This document shows positions 59,901-64,000 of a stretch of DNA of 64,000 nucleotides, piece after piece. The stretch comes from Neoechinorhynchus agilis (taxonomy: Eukaryota > Animalia > Acanthocephala): positions 8,571,480-8,635,479 of the forward strand of contig CM121342.1 in the NCBI GenBank assembly GCA_051530055.1. The letters are read 5' to 3'. A model generated the notes under the pieces. That model did no database searches, was not told the origin of the DNA, and worked only from the letters and a program-made list of their open reading frames with translations. How positions within the stretch are numbered: position 1 is the stretch's first letter; the number at the start of each line of letters is the position of its first letter. The position numbers were made by a program, and so were the translations under genes.

Positions 59901-62666
59901 ATGAATTTACGATCACGGAGTTCGCATCAATCTTCTTTGATTGATTGCCTACAAAATCGCGATATATACGAATCGGACGAGGAATTATCGCGTAGGATGC
60001 GTGTAATCACTGATTTGTACGTTTTATTCAACAAATGGATTCAAGAATTAGCCTTTGAGCGTCAGATTACTTTGGCACACATAAAAGGCGCCTTATTTAC
60101 GTTTGGATCGTTCAAATTGGGCGTTCATGCTAAACGAGGCGACATTGACGTTTTGTTCGTAGGTCCTGAGCATATTGATCGGCGTGACTTCTTTGTTGGA
60201 TTTGTTCAAGTTTTAAAAGAACAACCGTCAGTCCGAAGGTTATGTTCCGTCGAAGAAGCTTTTGTACCCGTAGTGAAACTGGACTTTTGTGGAATTGCGA
60301 TTGATGCGATTTTCGCAAGAATGAAAGTACCTACGATTCCAACTGATCTCGATTTGACCGATAATTCCGTGCTTCGAGATTTGGACCAACGATGCGCTCG
60401 CTCGTTGAATGGAGTTCGTGTAGCTAAAGAACTCATTACAACCATTCCAAATCATGAGCAATTTAGACATGCTCTAAGCGCTATTAAACTCTGGGCTAAA
60501 AAAAGAGGAATATGCTCGAATGTACTTGGCTATTTTGGAGGAGTCACATGGGCACTAATGATGACTTTGGTAGCTAAAATGAACCCTTCTTCTAACGCTT
60601 CCGATCTTCTTTATCATTTTTTTGAAATTTTCGCCAATTGGAATTGGCCTGAGCCAGTGGTTTTGAAGAAAATCGAAGACGTTGGACTGGGATATGAGGT
60701 ACAAATATCGAGTTCTGGTCCTTTTTACGATTTATTGCGTCTGTAAAGCGTAAAAGAGCGTTTTTTTCTCTATATATTTTGGGATTATCAACTCTAGGAA
60801 GCATCTGAGCTACAATGGTCGGTACCGAATACTTCAGCGTATTAAATGTGAAGCCGAGTAAGGGACGATACAAACATTTTGAGGTTATTTTGTTAAAAAC
60901 TCGAAATATTATCATCGAAATTCTTTTTTAATAAAAGTGTTGTCAGGGAAAGCCATGAGCATTGTACACATCCCTCCAGATCATCCGATTCCTCTTCCCG
61001 ATGAGGCGGGATTCATCAGTGTGAGTTTCCTCCCTCCAGCAGTATTTTGCCCCCAACTACGGAATGTCCAAACTCTGGGACGATGGCTTTACGTGGTTCT
61101 TGGCCGCGGTAGCAAACAACCCCCGAGTGTCTCGAGTCTTCCCAATTTCATTTCCGTTAGCAGGACTCATCGGTGTGAGTTTCCTCTTCCCTCCAGCAGT
61201 ATTTTGCCCCCTTTGAAGTAAGGAATTTTGAACGCTTTTGACTTTGAAGCAGAGATTCCAGGCTCAAGTTCGCTAGAACATTGCGGCACAACTACGGAAT
61301 GTTCAAACTCTGGGAGGATGGCTTTACGTGGTCCTTCGCCGCGGTAGCAAACAACCCCCGAGTGTCGGGTCTTCCCAATATGATTTCCGTTAGCGGGACT
61401 CATCAGTGTGAGTTTCCTCTTCCCTCCAGCAGTATTTTGCCCCTTTTAAGTAAGGTATTTTGAACGCTTAAGACTTTGAAGCAGAGAGTCCAGGCTAAAG
61501 TTCGCTAGAACATTGCGGACGGAATCTTGATGTGGAAATGAATTTGTTGCTGTCGAATTGCCTTTTTACCTCGGAAATATAGAATGCTTTACCTACAAAA
61601 ACCCGATTTGCATGTGATAATTTACTTTACCGTGCTGGACATCCATAAATATGAATAGATTTGAGATTGTTTTGAATTGTGGTGTGATGATAATACCTGT
61701 GACGCGAGGCTTCCTCACCACAATGCAAACTTTATCAATTATATACTAAGAAGGTTTTTATGCTCAAAAATATAGTGCTTTCGGACGATAATGTGTATTA
61801 GTTTATTTTTCAACATTGATTGAGTGTAGAAAATCGACAGGGTATCTTCCTAGCAGTTTTATATGTTTAAGAAACTTTTGTCTCTGGAATTCATTGAATT
61901 AACATTTACATTTGAAAATTCTCGACACTGACCAGAACTCGATTGCATCTGGGATCAATATTTGAACATTGCTGACCGTCGACATCTTCTGCCCGTTATA
62001 ACTCCGACATATCCCCAACAAAATACGACTCATAATGTGAACGAATCTGCAAAGAATATCATTATAAATGAACTAAGGCGCGGCTTTGAGGTAACTAAAT
62101 CAATTCTGGCTGACAAGAGTACATGGAACGATCTCTTTGAACCTATGAACATTTTTACTTCTTACAAGCACTTTATTCTCGTAATTCTCCAGGCACCGAA
62201 CGAAAAGCTCTTAATGGAATTCGACGGTCTTGTTTCTTCACGCATCCGATCGCTCGTAACTTCTTTGGATTATACGAAGAAATGTGGCCCCGTTCAAATA
62301 CGGGATCGATCGATAAGGATATCAGATGAAAGGCTAAAACCCGGACAGTTTGGTCGGGCATGGTGTGTTGGGTTTGACGTCAATGAAACGGCTATAGCGA
62401 GCGTTGGTACAATTCAGCGGGAAATGACTACATTTGCCGGTCAAATATTGGCTTCTAAGGGATTCACTGATCTTGGAGAACAACAATGTAAACTAAATAT
62501 GATCTATACGACGCGTCGGAAGCTCAAAAGATACATTGGATCAAGGTTGTCAAATATTGGGACATATGGTCCGTCGATTACTAACGACCAAATTGACGCC
62601 ATCGTTATGGATATCGTGGAAAGTGTTATCGTTGGTGTTGAGAGCGAACGCTTATTAACAGCGTGA
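59901..62666 (+). CDS. PAP: Canonical nuclear poly(A) polymerase
   Basis: FTFGSFKLGVH...GDIDVL, EAFVPVVK, SLNGVRV, IKLWAKKRGI, GYFGGVTWA, PVITPTYPQQN. Two coding blocks are separated by a 1248-bp insert. Confidence 0.93.
60702..61949 (+). other. Non-canonical insert (1248 bp), 14-bp perfect inverted repeat, nested 235-bp repeat units
   Basis: GAG GTA|CAAATATCGAGTTCTGGTC ... GACCAGAACTCGATTGCATC|TGG GAT restores GLGYEV-WDQYLNIADRRHLLP. Confidence 0.75.
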
Positions 62667-62797
62667 ACTTCATTGTTCTCTATTGTTATTTTTCCACACT
62701 GTTTCCTTTCAAAAATCGTTATGTGTGTAGTTACGGCATTGAGATATTCTATCGAACGTAAAAATCAAATATTGTAATGCTTCCTATACATTTTTAG

Positions 62798-63307
62798 ATG
62801 AAAAAAGTTCGCCCGAGCAAGTTATACCTCCAAAGTCCAAAATCGCTTCATCTTGAATGGCCCTCCATTGACAATGATTTATCCTCTGAGATTCTGGACT
62901 GTTTAATGTCTTTTATCAGGAGGTCAATGGAAAGATCACGCGAGGTCTGTGTTGTTGGATTATCTAATATAAGTCCATATCTCGATGCATACGGATTGCT
63001 GCTTGTTGATCGAAATATTAAGCCATCTATTGTCACAAAGCCATTATTGGTTCATTGCTATGTCAACAAAATTCCAGCCGGGAGTGTTGGAGGTCTAATG
63101 CAAGCCTTAGAATCAATTTTTAGCAATCCGCGGCCAAATGCTATCGGTATACTAAAATCGGGATGCGTTAGTGAAAGGCTGTTGGCTAACCGATTTGTTG
63201 ATGAGATGGCAGAGATTTTGCCGAATTTGCAATTGCCGGAATCGCTGGGAAAGTACGAATCGCATGAAATTATCGAAGGATATAAGCGATCTACTGATTC
63301 GGTTTAA
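62798..63307 (+). CDS. RPP38: RNase P/MRP subunit p38-like (L7Ae fold)
   Basis: WPSIDNDLSSEIL, VVGLSNI, LLLVDRNIKPSIVTKPL...KIPA resemble the RPP38 core. Confidence 0.6.
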   Translation: MKKVRPSKLYLQSPKSLHLEWPSIDNDLSSEILDCLMSFIRRSMERSREVCVVGLSNISPYLDAYGLLLVDRNIKPSIVTKPLLVHCYVNKIPAGSVGGLMQALESIFSNPRPNAIGILKSGCVSERLLANRFVDEMAEILPNLQLPESLGKYESHEIIEGYKRSTDSV

Positions 63308-63365
63308 GTTGTCCTCTTGAAACAAAATATTCGTAGATTTTTTAAACCTGTACTTTGATCATATT

Positions 63366-63450
63366 ACAGAGATTTTGCGAGATTCATTGGGAAAGTACAA
63401 ATCGCGTGAAATTATCGAAGGATATAAGCGATCTACTGATTCGGTTTAAG
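63366..63450 (+). repeat. Partial tandem copy of the RPP38-like 3-prime end
   Basis: gggaaagtac...gaaattatcgaaggatataagcgatctactgattcggtttaagttgt repeated from about 63246-63312. Confidence 0.8.
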
Positions 63451-63570
63451 TTGTATTCTAGAAACAGAAAATTCATAGATTTTAGAAAATAACGAATTTA
63501 ATAGGTATTGCAATTGTATTGTATTGTATGCAACGGTACTTTCCTACGTTGCACCGTAGGTATAAGCCCG

Positions 63571-64000
63571 TCAAATAGAATTAGACTCCGCAAGGGATCC
63601 TAAATACACGACAGCAGTCCTGTTATGCGGGCAACTCGCGTCTCTTAAAATGAGGTCATCGTATGTACGACAGTTCCCTTTGCCCTTACGATACAATGTC
63701 GTTGGCTTCCGGAAAAGGAACTGTTGCACGACCTGTGAGCAAGATGCCTTGGACCGAATTATATTGCCCGTGAACTGCAGTCGTCTGCGGCGCAAATATT
63801 CACTGGGCGGTTGGACTCCGACTCTCTTATACAGTGTTTTGTTGGTCACTTAATCTGACCATCTGACCTTGAACGCCGCACGTAAGAGAGATGAATGATG
63901 TGGGTATAACTGCCTCGTCGCCGTTGGTGACAGTGTCCAAGTCTCTGCATTGTAGTAGCGAATGCTCTCAATTAGAGTCCTGAACAGCTGCGAACGGAGT
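63571..64000 (-). mobile_element. RTE-like non-LTR C-terminal fragment
   Basis: NKTLYKRVGVQPPSEYLRRRRLQFTGNIIR, TYDDLILRD. Confidence 0.65.

Noticed and set aside
10468-61949. Stop-codon reassignment as the explanation for the interrupted genes
   Set aside because: Most inserts are not multiples of three (725, 608, 113, 1441, 188, 98, 334 bp), all three stop codons occur, and normal genes end in TAA/TGA.
10468-61949. Minor-spliceosome (U12, AT-AC) introns
   Set aside because: No ATATCCTT/GTATCCTT 5-prime consensus at any of the junctions.
10468-61949. One transposon family accounting for all inserts
   Set aside because: Terminal inverted repeats and interiors share no sequence between inserts (except the duplicated LicD pair), and no transposase ORF is present.

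Overview
Compact-genome invertebrate animal DNA: it encodes a nicotinic acetylcholine receptor, an invertebrate-type claudin and a 28S rRNA remnant; the taxon cannot be fixed from this window. It holds about 16 genes or gene remnants (claudin-like, APC-like ARM protein, nAChR alpha, POLR2D, an AFG3L2 fragment, SF3A1, RPS18, GLO1, PHKG, GTPBP4/NOG1, FAM8A1, SPT16, two LicD-family copies, poly(A) polymerase, RPP38) with short canonical GT-AG introns. These are interspersed with decayed non-LTR retroelements (CRE-like, CR1-like, APE-RT, Penelope-like, RTE-like), hairpin MITEs and three satellite families. Main observation: at about 13 positions, conserved coding sequence (including housekeeping genes) is cut inside a conserved motif by a 33-1441 bp insert. 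These inserts do not have GT...AG ends at the junction that restores the protein. Most are closed by a 9-19 bp terminal inverted repeat unique to each insert, often with a 2-5 bp direct repeat at the junction (TA, TAC/TAT, TTA, ATT, TTACG). This points to a second, structure-defined removal pathway, either non-canonical hairpin introns or IES-like DNA excision, alongside normal splicing. For several inserts a weak GT-AG alternative leaving an in-frame footprint cannot be excluded without RNA data. All alignments were done by eye against remembered family consensus; no searches were run.
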